Positions 41,069-53,908 of a stretch of DNA of 64,000 bases are shown one piece after another (position 1 is the stretch's first letter; each line of letters begins with the position of its first letter). Both the position numbers and the translations under genes were made by a program. Under the pieces are notes generated by a model that saw only the letters and a list, made by a program, of their open reading frames with translations, had not been told where the DNA came from and searched no databases. This stretch comes from Selaginella moellendorffii. Lineage: Eukaryota > Plantae > Lycopodiophyta. The DNA lies in contig NW_003314310.1 in assembly GCF_000143415.4 (NCBI RefSeq), positions 32,800-96,799 of the forward strand, read 5' to 3'.

Positions 41069-41703
41069 TTTATTCAGTAAAATGGGACTAGGTACAAATT
41101 TTCAAGTATTTGAAAATGACGTGAAATTATATGTTTTTTGTCCAGGGGCTAGACATATCTGGGGTATGGTGACTAGCGCGGTGACTTTATGTCCAGACTG
41201 AGTCCATCTGGTTGTATAATAAATCTCATTGTCAAGGTGAACAAGCCGAATCTGAAGCTAAAGAAGAGCGATGGCATGCGCGCACACACTATTTGTTTGT
41301 TCATTGAGCGTGTGGTGAGCTTTCCAAGATGAACGTCATTCCTATTAGCCAGACATATCACTTAATGGTGAGAACATTTAGATATTATTCAATGTTATCT
41401 TTTTCTAACGAATCTAATTGTGAAGGTGTAGCAAGAGGCATTGCTAGTCTGGAGAAGTCATTTAACTCATTTGACCCTTAGTGTATTTTCATGAAACTAA
41501 ATAACATTCATATTATTAAAGATTTCTCTAGTACCTTTTTTTTACGACATAGAGGCTTGCATTTCTTTCAAAGGTGATTTAGTAAAAGGCCTGAGGGCAT
41601 ATGCCATTCTATTTCTCAGACCGGTATTAAGATATACTAGTGCAAAGGGAAAAAGGTATTTGGTGATCAAGTAAATGGCATGAGGGCACACGCCATTATA
41701 AGC

Positions 41704-41961
41704 CTAAGCGCTAGTGGACACCTCCTTTTTGGTACTCTCAGCGGTACTATCATCCTTCTCCGGGTCAGTTGTTTTGCTTTGGATTGTTGTCTCTGACGTT
41801 ACTGGGGCGTTTTCGATAGTTGTTAATGTTGCCGTTTGTTCAGAAAAATGATCACCTGGAGTATAGTACGGGGAGTTTGGAAGACTTATATATTCTACAT
41901 CTTCACCTATCTCCTTCTCCATCTCCTTTTCTGCCTCACTTACAGATTTTGTGCTTGCCAT
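41704..41961 (-). CDS. Possible small acidic S/T/E-rich protein (85 aa) downstream of the transposase
   Basis: ATG-started ORF MASTKSVSEAEKEMEKE...STSA with biased composition in otherwise AT-rich DNA; no recognisable domain. Confidence 0.35.
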   Translation of the reverse strand: MASTKSVSEAEKEMEKEIGEDVEYISLPNSPYYTPGDHFSEQTATLTTIENAPVTSETTIQSKTTDPEKDDSTAESTKKEVSTSA

Positions 41962-42168
41962 GAGAACGCTCTTCACCCTAAAATATGGAGTTCGTTGTGT
42001 TATAAAAGGAAACCAACACACACGCTGCAAGGGAATGATGGTACATAAAGCACGTAAGCCCACAATATGGGTTTATGTGCCATTAATATGGGCCACACGC
42101 CATATTATTAGATTTATGCACGTGTGATTGGTAAATGCATATGTCACATCATCTCAGGCCACATGCCA

Positions 42169-45100
42169 TCACGCCTCCTCTGATTCAGATTCGGATTGTT
42201 CACCTTGAAATAAAATACATTAGAAACTTAGTAAAGGAATATTAATGAATCTCACCTTGAACCCGGGTTATGAATGCTCTTGCTGCATCTCTTGCATGGT
42301 CTGGCAAGGTGATGGTGGCACTCTGCTTCCGCATCCAACCATGCACAACATTATCCACCGATATGCTCATGCTGGGATCCCTTGGATTCAGCACCCATCT
42401 CTTTTCTAAGCAATCCTTCGTATATCCGGAACTTGGCTTGAACCACTCCACAGTTACATTGAAGGAATTAGTTTCCGCGTCCTCCTCTGCATCAATGATG
42501 CAGCGCCCCACCCATATCATTTGTTTTTTATTACTGGGTCTGACAAGCACGACCATTCCTTTGCAGACCTATACTGGATTGAATGCTGAATCCGGCTTCT
42601 TGTTCCTCGGCCCACAATAGTGATCCTCCACATCGTTATCTATCACTGCATTTCCAGAGGACATTATTCCGCTACTATCTGGTGCTCTAGGTTCTGGCCA
42701 AAAGGACTCTTCCAATTCTTCATATACAACCGGCCCATTTTGGATAGCAGATATAATCTTCTCCCAGTATTCGAGCAAAGGCTTGCACCTCTGAAAATAG
42801 GATTCTCCACCAAACACCAACCCCCTCTTCCAGAAGGCAATATGCTGTCTAATCCCGGCCACTATACTTTCCTGGTCTTTGAGTCCATCCGGGTGCATCG
42901 GCCGTGGGGAACCCTGAGGAATCATAGGTTCCCCAGTTATGGGATCTCTCTTGAAGAGTTCAATGCCGTCCACTGGCAGCCACACTGTGTCCCATTCTCT
43001 CATCTTGTACCTCATCACTGGAGCACCGTCACACATGCTGAAATGAAACTGAAGAGGCTTGGAGTGGCCAATCAGCGTTTCAGATCCGTCCCTGATGTAG
43101 CCTCTTACAAACCCCTTAAAGTCTGGAACCTCTGTCAGAAGTGCAGCTTCAACAGTGCCTTTGATGCAATTTTGGAATTCATCGTAGAGTTGTGGGAGGG
43201 TGAGGACAGTGGATCGCCGGAGGGACTCTGCCAGGTGACTGAACATGGCATCGACGTCTTCATGAGTGTGCCCAACCATGAGAAAGCCAAGTGTAACCGT
43301 TTCAAATATGCCTTTGGCAACAAGCATCGCCAAATACGCGAAGACGTACATGTTTTTGTTCTCACTGCCAGCATTGTCTGTTTGGAGCAGAAGATGGGGT
43401 GGAAGGCCACATGGGCCGCAAGAACTTCCTTGAGATTCTGCTTCGTTTGGATGAGGCTGTGCATTCACCGGGCGACCAGCCTCGTCGGAATGGCATGAGG
43501 CCTCACGTGATAACCCTACAATCTGACGGCCAACATATTCACTGGGATGGCATGGGGCCCCACGCGATACTGCAAGCCTTTGCTCCTCCTCCAGCTGAAC
43601 CCTGTATGGGGTTCGATCGACAAGGGCCTTATGCAAGGGTTGGCTGTTCAGCTCAGTCTGCGCACTTTGCAGAGACCTTAAGTGTTTTGCTAGGGACGCA
43701 ATCATCATGTTTGCACCCCCGCCACCCCATAGAGGTACAAAGAAGTTCCCATAGTTCTGGGCACCATGCCCATGAGCGATTATGCCAAACAGAGACACAG
43801 GCAGCTGCATGGATGAAGAGATTGCCTTGGGGGCAGGATTGAGTCGAGGTAAGCACGTCTTTTTCTGGTCCATTTTGTCGTGGATGATGCAGAGGTAAGA
43901 GTCAGGTCTCTCCATGGAGAGAATCCTGTTATGATAATATGCAGTCCTGCAGCTTCTCTGCTCGATGTTGTGGTTGAGCCGCCTTCTAACCAACGTCTCT
44001 CGCTCTTGAGCGCTGCAAGAATTCTTCGACAAAGCCATTTTGATAGCAGTGCACTCGTCACACTTTGAAAAGCTGGAGTACTTTCCTATACTCACATCCC
44101 TGAACCTGTTGCTCCACAATCTACTAAATCTAGATTGGCTCAGCTTCCTGTAGCCATTACTCTGGAGTTCCCGATTCACATCTTCCAATATGGCCCCCTT
44201 GGTATACATGGAAGGGAGAACTCGTTGGGTGTCTCGTGTTCCATCTTCCAAGAGGCGGGTTTTATGTGGTTGCTGCTCGCTACATGTCTCGACAAACCTC
44301 TTCAAGATTGCCTCTCCATATACAACATGACCCCTGGTTTTGTGCGTACCGTCGTTCCCATGGACTGCCTGTTGAACCCTTTGTTCCTCGAACTCAGTTT
44401 TGATTCTGTAAAATGTGGTTCGAGGGACTCCATAAATGATTCTCCATGCCTTCATGCAGACCAAACCCCTCTGGAAGACCATGCCCCCCACCTGATGTTC
44501 TGAAGCATCAACAGATGACCGTAATGCCTCATACACAAAATTGCGAGCTGCCTTCCAGGACAATGTCTTGTATCTTGCTCTCTCCTCTTCAATAGCATCC
44601 CAATCAGCATGTTGACAGCACCTCCTCTTGCAACAAGCAACTGTCGAGACCATTCGAACCTCCATCGCCATTTTCTGCCTTTTCGGTTCGTTGCTTAGAT
44701 CCCTTTGGCTGCGCTTTAGGAAGGTGTACTTTCTTTTCCCATGAAGAGATGTTCTGTCATCAGTTGTAGTGGTGTTTGATTGTGAATCCTTCACATTCTC
44801 AAACACTAAGTGCCTCAATTTCCACCGCACAATGCTTCCAATAGTCAGACTGTTTTCTTCTGTGTCAACAACCTCTAAAATCGCAACTCCAATATCATCC
44901 CAGCCCAATTCTTGATTAGCAACCGCATCTCTTGGATCGACAACTGTGGCTAAGCCCTCAGCTACCACCTCCCCCTCGGGGTTGTTTAGAAACACCTTCG
45001 CCTGAATCCATGTAGCACGGTTCTTAAGATCCACGGAGGGAACATGCGTCGCACTTGCGCTGTCCCCAACATCTGCTTTCTTCTGAAGATTTTTCAAGGC

Positions 45101-45310
45101 AACAACAACATTTACCCCGACGACCATCTCTCCTCGTTCAATAGCGACCACATTCCCATCGAAGACAGTCTCTACTGATACAGCAGCATTGCCTTCCCCA
45201 AGCCTTTCACAGTGTATAACAAAGTTCCGATCCATAGACACAAGGGTCCCTTTTGCAACTCTCTTCCCACCATTCAAAATGTAAACCTTTTCCCCAACCC
45301 TGAAGGCCAT
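42169..45310 (-). pseudogene. DUF7869/Sola1-like DDD transposase (~1030 aa) with one premature stop
   Basis: 913-aa ORF with FSKCDEC, IIHDKMDQ, QTDNAGSENKN and VGHTHEDVDAMFS. TAG at 42569-71 reads through in frame to the 42242-42556 ORF. A terminal GT-AG intron at 42255-42204 gives the last exon GEQSESESEEA*. Confidence 0.8.
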
Positions 45311-45462
45311 TCTGAAAGTGCAGAAAAGAAGTTAAGACCATACAAAAAATGATTGGAGAATGGCCTAAATCATAACATACCAAACAACCTCAATAGCATG
45401 AGGCCACATGCCATTATTCAAACATGCTATTGACACCCACGTGAAATTTCGCATTCACAAAA

Positions 45463-45690
45463 TTGGCATGAGCCCTCATGCCATTAGTGGTACCACTAAT
45501 GGCATGAGGCCTCACGCTATCTTTGGCCCCTGCTAGCCTGTTGCTATATTCCTTTTGCCTTGCTGCAACTGTATATATTTTTGTGTGCGTGACTAGTCAC
45601 CCATACAAAAATATATACAATTGCAGCAAGGCAAAAGGAATATGGCAATAGGCTAGCAGGGGCCAAAGATGGCATGAGGCCTCATGCCAT
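45463..45690. repeat. Nested long inverted repeats: 192-bp palindrome 45499-45690 and ~56-bp palindrome 45464-45519
   Basis: Arms read directly; centres GTGACTAGTCAC (45589-45600) and GGTACC (45489-45494). Confidence 0.95.
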
Positions 45691-48600
45691 CTTGATATAC
45701 ACACAGCTGCAGGCAAGTAAAAACATACATGACAATACGCTAGCCATGAAATTGCAAGGGCCCAAGATGGCATGTGGCCTCATGCCATTTCTAAATGTGG
45801 TCCTAAGCCATTCCATGGTGAACATACCAGGAAGCACAAGTGCCGAATATCAAGAGGAAGCGGTAGCCACACCAAAGACAGTGCCGCTCGCAACACCGCA
45901 ACTACTCGTAGCGCCCGCATGTGATCCCGCATCTGATTGTGATGTCCCTTTGCAGTGTCGATGAAAAGGTCAATGCACACCAAACTGTAAAATCTTGGAG
46001 CAAAATAACGGTCGGATCTATGGCAAATGCCTTTAAAACATTGTAAGGCTCGTGTGGTCTCATGTGGTGTCCGATCGAGATGTTTCTTTGCAGGGTCATC
46101 AAGAAAGACATTGTATACCATTCTGTAAAATCTAGTTGCGATCTAACGGTTCGATCTCCAAAAAACTCAAAACAATCTCGCGCGTGTCAGAATATCCTAG
46201 GAATATACTCCTATGTGCCCCTAAAAATGGCATGCAGCCCCACGCCATTCAAGAGATAATGCCAGATGACGCCGAGAATTTTTTGGTGCATTTTTTGGGT
46301 TCAAAATTGCATGAGCCCACACGCTATAAAGTTTATCTTTGCCAAATAGAGAAAAGTTTATCTGTGTCATGTGAGGTAGTTACAATCCTTTGTGCTCGGC
46401 ATCTGCCTCTTGCAGCATTTGCACTGAAAGGGAATTTTTCTCCATTCAGCATTTGGCCCTGAAAATGGCATGCGCCCACACGTCATTCAAGGAATAACGC
46501 CACAGGACGCCTGGATTTTTGGGTTTAAAATGTTTAGGGTTTTTTGGGTTTTTTCAAAATATTTTGGGTCCAACGTTTTTTGGGTTTCTTTGGTTCAAAA
46601 TTGCATGAGCCCACACGCTATAATATTGATTTGAGAGAAAAATAGAAACAAATAGAATTTCTTTATTTAGCTGAACATCTGCCATTTTTGAAAATACAAG
46701 ATGCTTTGGAATATCCAATCATGCATGGTATAAATATAGCGAGGGTATTAAATGATATCCCAATCATGATCTTTCTTTTGGATTTCGCGTGCATGCAGTC
46801 CGAGGAATGATGACGTTGTGGATTTCTTTTGGATTTTGCATGCTTGCATACGCGCGGCAATCCAGAAATTAATGGTGGCGCCCAAGTCCGAGGAATGATG
46901 ACGTGGCGGGATTACCAACCGTTGTGATATTTTGCGCGTGTGAGGTTAGGTTTTGCATTTTGCTTCGTACTCGCGCTCGCACACTCGCGCTCGCGCTCGC
47001 ATCACACTTGCGCTCCCGCTTGCATCGCACTCCCACTCGCGATCACGCTCACTTCTCTACAGGTTTCTCGTGTGCATCGGCATCCACTCGCGCTCGCATC
47101 GCGCTCGTGTGCATCGGCGTCCACTTCAAGACACACCCAGTTTGTAACTTCGCCGCCAACTCCGCCGCCCACTCCGCCACCCACACGCAGCCCACTTGGC
47201 GTCCTGGGAGATTTCAGCGCCACTCTCCAACTGTAAGTGGCAGAGTAGCCTTGCTGCTACGATCCGCTGCACACACAGTGCACATTCACCAGCAAGTCCG
47301 GCCTCGATTGTCACGGCCTCCATTCGGATTCAAATGGTAAGTCTTTTAGGCCAAGTAGAAAATGGCATGAGGCCACATGCCATTCAGTAGCAACATTGGC
47401 ATGCACCGATTGGGCTCTCGAGTGCAGTCTGGTTACAGATGGCGTGTAGCCTCACGCCATCTTAGGATGCAGCCTCAAGACATCTGATGCAGTGGTGAAT
47501 GGCGTGTGGCTTCACATTATTTCCAGCTGCTAGCTTTTCATCTGTCAGCTCTAATTGTTGTGCATTTCTGAACAGGCGAGGAATTGCGTTCTTCTTCCAG
47601 CCACTGTCAATGTGGATGCAGAGAAGGGGGAGGAGCTCACCAGTTGGACTTTCGGGATGGAAGGCGAGGATTTGATGCTGTACAACACAGATGGTGGGAG
47701 AAAAGAATGCATGGGGATCCTCATCTAAGTGACAGACACTCCATGCAGTTCCATGCAAGAATATGGACTGGCACTTGTGGTAGAGACAGTGTCCGCCTTC
47801 AAGATCCACCTTGCACATCCTAGCGGCTTCCCGGAGGGGGGCAGCGGCTATGAGGAATTCCTAGAGGGAGCTAGGGAGAGGTTGTCCAGGAGGCCCACAA
47901 TTTCAAAGATGCTGCGGGTCTATGAAGATCACATGGAATCCACAGACCTCACCTACGGCGATGTTCAAAAACTATAGCCGTTGAGCCATTGAGAGTGCCT
48001 CCAGTTCGCGAAGCGAAGGGGAAGGGGGTCGATCTGGAAACTACCCCGAAGTAGAAAAGGGTGGTCAAGCTCAAGCCGACGTCCGACTCTGCTGCTCCAA
48101 AAAAGAAGCTACTCGGTGATGCCATTGCCTCGGGTTCGAACACTACACCCACCAAAAAGAAGAGCCGCAAAGAGCAGAAAGAGCAAGAAGAGGCAGCAAA
48201 AATCGTCGCAGATAATAGTACTTGTTACTATTCCAACAAAGTATATACAATCAACGTGAGCCATATCGACATCCAAAGTAAATACAACCACAGGCTAGTA
48301 TCTGATGAGTGGGTGGAGAAACTGAAGCAGAAGATGCTGGCAAGTCCAGTAACACCCGACATCGCAGACGTGATCCCCTACTACCAAACAATGAAGGGCA
48401 AGACGAGGTTTCCAAACTGTATCAATAGGAAGGTGTTGGACGATCAGAACATCCGGTTCTATGCCGTCTCCGGGCAGCATTCTAGCTTGGCGATGCAAGA
48501 GATAGTTCTGGATATTATGGTGGGCGAGGAGGTGAAGAAAGTCTTCAAGACAAGAGTTGTCCGCCTGATAAAAGGCAACTCGCCCCTCCGATCTATCATA

Positions 48601-50983
48601 TCCATCTCCCACGCGCAGAATGTCAAGCAAGAAACGTGCTACAAATCGGGTCTGCACGAGACATTGGCACGAACATGGAAGCTCTGGGTTCAACTGAAGA
48701 AGCCACAAAAACCAGGACAAGGACGTGCACTAGCAACTAGCGCCTGGCAGGTAAGCCTCGTTGCATGTGGCATAGCATGTGGCCTCACGCCATTTCCATT
48801 GCAGGAATTCTCGAGTCTTCTCTCGAAAACACTGGGGGTCAATGACACACTCAGCATTCATAACATTCTACTCGCGACAAAAGTTGTTTTTGACAAATGG
48901 GTAGATGTGCTGAGGAGGTACCATGACGGGGAGTTGCTAAACTCAATGGGTGTGGAGGACGGCTGGAAGCCCAATGATTTGAAGCTCAACGCCTTGTGTT
49001 TCTCGCGGTCTCTAGACGACGACGACCTTCTGACAGTGGCTAATGCTCTTCTACGTGGTGAGGTAGTCTTCAACAAGACCAAAATGACTCCCGGCCATAT
49101 TGTGACATACAAGGACTTGTGCACGACTCTGAGAGCTCGTGCGCTATTGAAGGATTGGATCTTCGAGCAAGTGGCCGTGGAGAGGGTGAGCATCGACACC
49201 ACGCAAGAGATGATGGAAGAGCTGGACTTGTCAAATGAAGACATCGACGAGTACGTGAAGGGGGACCCCAAGTTCATCGATCTGCTGCGGGATGCCACGA
49301 AAAGTAAAGCTGAGAAGTTGGATCAGTATCCAAATTTCATTAAGAGGGATGTCGACCGCCGGCTTCAAAAACAGCTCAACCCCGCAGCAGAGGCCTATCG
49401 AGAACCTTACCAGGTATACGTGAATTCGGATGAGGATCAAAGGTGGAGGAGCATCATTTCCCGCGGAGATGAGCAGGTCAAGAACATCTTTTGTGTGATG
49501 GACTTCACAAACGAAGAGATCACTCATGCAGATGAAGTCAGCTCCATCATTGACTTAATGGTGGGACTTGCGGAGGTGGAATCTTCAGTCCACTATATGA
49601 TCTACGACTCCGAATCCTATCACAAGTTCTGGAAGGCCTTGAACGAGGTGAAGGCTCGGTTGAAAGGCAAGGAGATGCGGGAGATCCATGGGATAATGGC
49701 TAAGAAGAAGATACCGACGAATGTCCGCATCTTCACACTCGCCCTTGTTATTGGTCCTGCAGCAGAGTGGGACTGGAGTGACTTCCCAGCTTTGTTCGAC
49801 AAGGCCGATCGAATTGATCTGAGGGAGGTCAATTTACCCGTCCCTGAGGAACTGAAGACGGCTATGGAGCTTTCGAATCCAAAGAAAGCTCCAAGTGCAG
49901 CATGGGAAATGCTCAGCTGGGTCTTCAATGCAATAGCGGGTGACACCAAGGGCAAATGCGTTGTCGAGTACAACTCTGGCGGACTATTCTTTCGAGCCGC
50001 ACTACTCAAGGGTGTCCCGTGTGTTGCGGTGACAAACTCCATTGAAGAGGTGACTTCAATGGAGCATATAATTACAGTTGCCAAAGAAAAACAGTATCTT
50101 CTCTGCGAACCTGGTGAGTACGCACTTTAAGTTTAAATGTTATCTCACAAGCTCTGTATGCAGGAGCGTGGCCACCCCCAGATGCTGAAACGGCGTTAAC
50201 AGCTACTGATGTTAGGCCGAGCTCACAACCTACACAAGGTAAGGTCACGTGAGGCCTCACGCCATTTTGATTATAGATCGTTGTGAATATTCAGACACGA
50301 GGACTGAAAAGCGCACTGGTGGCGCGTCGAAGAAGGAAAAACAGACAAGCAATAGGAAAAAAGGAGGTACAAATTATATTTGCAATGGCGTGTGGTCTCA
50401 TGCCATTCCTTGCAGGAGACACTTCTTCAAAGGCAAAACAGGCAAGCACCAGTCAAGCTCAAACTGACAGTGGTCATAAAAAGCGAAAGCACGTTGGACA
50501 GTCGTCGGGATCAGAGGCATTTGATTCGAAAAGGAAGAAGGGCAACGAAAAGATGATAGGTAATGCCTCGCGGTTATGGCGTGTGTGCTCATGCCATTCA
50601 TTGCAAATCAAGGGCTGAGTGAAAGGAGCCAGTCACCACCTCCTGACTCAGATTCCTATGGCAGACTCCCCTTCCCCAATCTCAATGGAGAGGTACAATG
50701 GATGAGGGATGCTTTTCAAGTCAGGGCCACGTTTTTCTCATCTCGTCGTCTTCGAAGGGTGCAAGAACGTGCAGAAACCATGTTAAGACAGTCGGGTGAG
50801 GATACGGTCCTAGGTCAAGCACTAAAACAGGCTATGGATGTCTTGGCCAAAGAGTCATGCTTAAACCTGGTGTCCACGAGAGGACAACTCACTAAAGGAA
50901 CTAAGGCAGCCTTTTTGTGCTTACTCTCGGTGAAGAGTGACAAAAAGACAAGAACGGAAGAAGTACCTTTAGTGATCCAGTAG

Positions 50984-53908
50984 GTGCTGGACCAATTCCA
51001 GGATACCATGCCAGAGGAGCTACCGGCGGGGTTGCCCCCCGCACGACCGATAGAACATAAGATTGAGCTAGTCGAGGGTGCTGAGGCGGTGGTTCGTCCA
51101 CCCTATCGATTGAACGAAAAAGAACTCAAGGAGCTCAAGAGCCAACTAGAGGAGTTGGTGGACAAAGGGTATGTTAGGTTGAGCAAGTCGCCGTATGGGG
51201 CGCCGGTGCTATTTGTGAAAAAGAAAGATGGATCTATGCGCATGTGCATAGACTACCGGTTGCTCAACAAGTATACCAAGAAGAACAAGTACCCTTTGCC
51301 AAGGCTCGAGGACCTGTTCGATAGGTTGGGAAAGGCAAAATACTTCTCGAGGATTGACCTAAGGTCAGGATACTACCAGATCAGGGTAGCTGAGGAAGAT
51401 GTCGAGAAGACAACCTGTCGAACGAGGTATGGGAGCTTTGAGTTTTTGGTGATGCCCTTTGGGCTGTGCAATGCGCCGGCAACGTTTTCGGCGTTGATGA
51501 ACCACATCTTTGTACCCTATCTGGATCGCTTCGTGGTCGTCTATATTGACGACATCCTGATCTATAGCGAGACGCTAGAGGAGCATGCCGAACACTTGGC
51601 GAAGGTGTTTGAGAAACTAAGGGAACACAAACTGTATGCTAAAGAGAGCAAATGTGACTTTGCTCAACAAGAGGTAAAGTTTCTCGGGCATGTGGTGGGC
51701 CAGGACGGGCTCAAGGTGGACCTGGAGAAGGTCCAAGCGATCCAGGAATGGGAACGACCATCGAATGTACATGAGTTGAGGGCGTTCCTGGGGCTATGCA
51801 ACTACTATCGAAAGTTTATCAGACACTATTCGAGAGTAGCCCTGCCCTTAACGGACCAAACAGGAAAAGGGAAGATGGTATGGACAGCGAAATGCGAGGC
51901 GGCATTCGTCCACCTCAAAGGGAAGTTGAGGAAGGCTCCGGTGTTGGCATTACCAGACTTTGGTAAGGACTTTGAGGTAGACACGGATGCTTCGGACTTT
52001 GCGTTGGGCGCAGTTTTGAAGCAAGACAACCATCCAGTAGCGTTCTTCTCGAAGAAGCTGGACAAGGCTCAACGGAAGTGGCCTGCCCATGAGAAGGAAT
52101 TGTTTGCGGTGGTCAAGGCGCTCAAGGAGTGGCGACACTACCTTGGGAGACACTTCAAGGTTTACATGGACAATGTGGCAACGAAACACTTCTTGTCACA
52201 GCCCGACCTAAGGGGAAAACAAGGTCGGTGGGCCAATGCTTTGGCCGAGTTTGATTGCGAGATCCTGTACAAGCCTGGGAAGAGCAACATCGTGGCAGAT
52301 GCGCTCAGTCGAAAAGCGAGCTTGAAGTTGGCGATATCTAGCGCGACAGCAACCTTTTGGGACGATGTGCGGACCGCATACGAGAGTGATGGTCTAGCAC
52401 AAGAAGTGTTGCTGAGGAATCTGGAGGCGCGGGAAGCTCACCAGAGAGGTGAGCTGCCAACGGAAGAGAAAACGGGCTATGCAGAACGCAACGGACTCAT
52501 ATATTACAAGCAAACGAGGGTGTATGTTCCAGAAGGGGAACTAAGGAAGGTAGCCTTGGAAGAGTGTCATGACGGACCTCTTGCGGGACACGGCGGAGTG
52601 CCCAAGATGATGGGCTTACTCAAAAGGAAGTATTACTGGCCAGATATGGCTAAGGACGTCCAAGACTATGTAAAGACATGTCCAACATGTCAGCAGGTCA
52701 AAGCCGTGACGAAGGCTAGTGGGGGCTTGTTGCAAAGCATCCCCATTCCAGATCGTCCGTGGAAATGTCTCACGATGGACTTCATCACGGGACTACCCCC
52801 AAGCGAGGGGTTCGATGCGATATTCGTGGTGGTGGACCGATTTTCAAAGATGGCGCATTTCATACCCACCACAACGGATGTGGATGCGGAAGGTGTGGCG
52901 AAGCTGTTCTTCGAACAAGTGGTTCGAGTGCGGGGAAGGCCGGAAGAGATTATCTCAGATCGAGATAAGATCTTCACCAGTAGGTTCTAGAGGACACTCC
53001 TAGAACAGTATCGCACCAAGTTGAAATTCAGCACGGCCTATCACCCACAGACAGGTAATGGGTATTGAGTCAAGATTGATGGCACTAACACTTCTTGACA
53101 GACGGACAAACGAAAAGGGTGAATAGGCAGCTGGAGGATTATTTGCGATGCTATGTCTCGGGAGACCAGACTGACTGGGTAAGTCATTTGGGACTTGCAG
53201 AAATGTGTTATAACAACTCACCACATTCGAGCATCGGGGTGAGTCCATGGGAAGTCATCAATGGGCGAGCTATTGAAGGTCCTGTGGAACTCGGCGTGGC
53301 CGAGTATCATGGAGAGTTACCCGCAGTGGAGGCATTCACAGCGGAAAGACTCAACATTTGGAATCTAGTGAGGGATTCCTTGGAACGGGCTCAACAAAGG
53401 CAAACTAAGTACGCGAACCAAAAGTGTCGAGATGTGGAGTTCCAAGCTGGGGAGAAGGTGTGGCTGAACACCAAGAACCTCAGGCTACCAAGTGGGATCA
53501 GCCGGAAGTTGACCCAAAGGTAAAAATGCATGTATTCCTGTAAACGAATTGATCTTGAGTTCCTTAAGCAGGTTCGCGGGGCCTTACGAGATTGAGGCTC
53601 GAATCGGTAAAGTGGCTTACCGTCTCCGACTTCCTCGAGAGATGGGGAAGATGCATCCCGTGTTCCACGTGAACTTACTCAAGCCGTATTTTGAGGATCC
53701 GCTTTGCAAGGACCAAGTAAGACCTTTACCTGAGGTTATCCAAGGGGAGGAGGAATACGAAGTCGAGGCCATCCTCAATGCGCGCAAGAGCAAGCGACAA
53801 GGACGCGAGGTGAGAGAATTCCATGTGAAGTGGAAAGGATTTCCACACTGCGAAGCAACATGGGAACCGGAGGAGAACCTAGCGAACGCGCGAGATCTAG
53901 TGGAGTAA
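50984..53908 (+). pseudogene. pol: Gypsy pol: RT (YIDD), RNase H (TDASD), integrase (HHCC, core), GPY/F, chromodomain; two short introns and at least two premature stops
   Basis: ORFs 50984-52990, 53095-53523 and 53549-53908. Chromodomain YEVEAILN...FHVKWKGF...TWEPEENL. Confidence 0.92.

Noticed and set aside
42620-44503. Long plus-strand ORFs (292, 147, 122 aa)
   Set aside because: Antisense shadows of the transposase with no motifs.
614-46621. Palindromic repeats as a CRISPR array
   Set aside because: Spacing is irregular (tens of bp to kb), there are no uniform spacers or cas genes, and the context is eukaryotic with introns.
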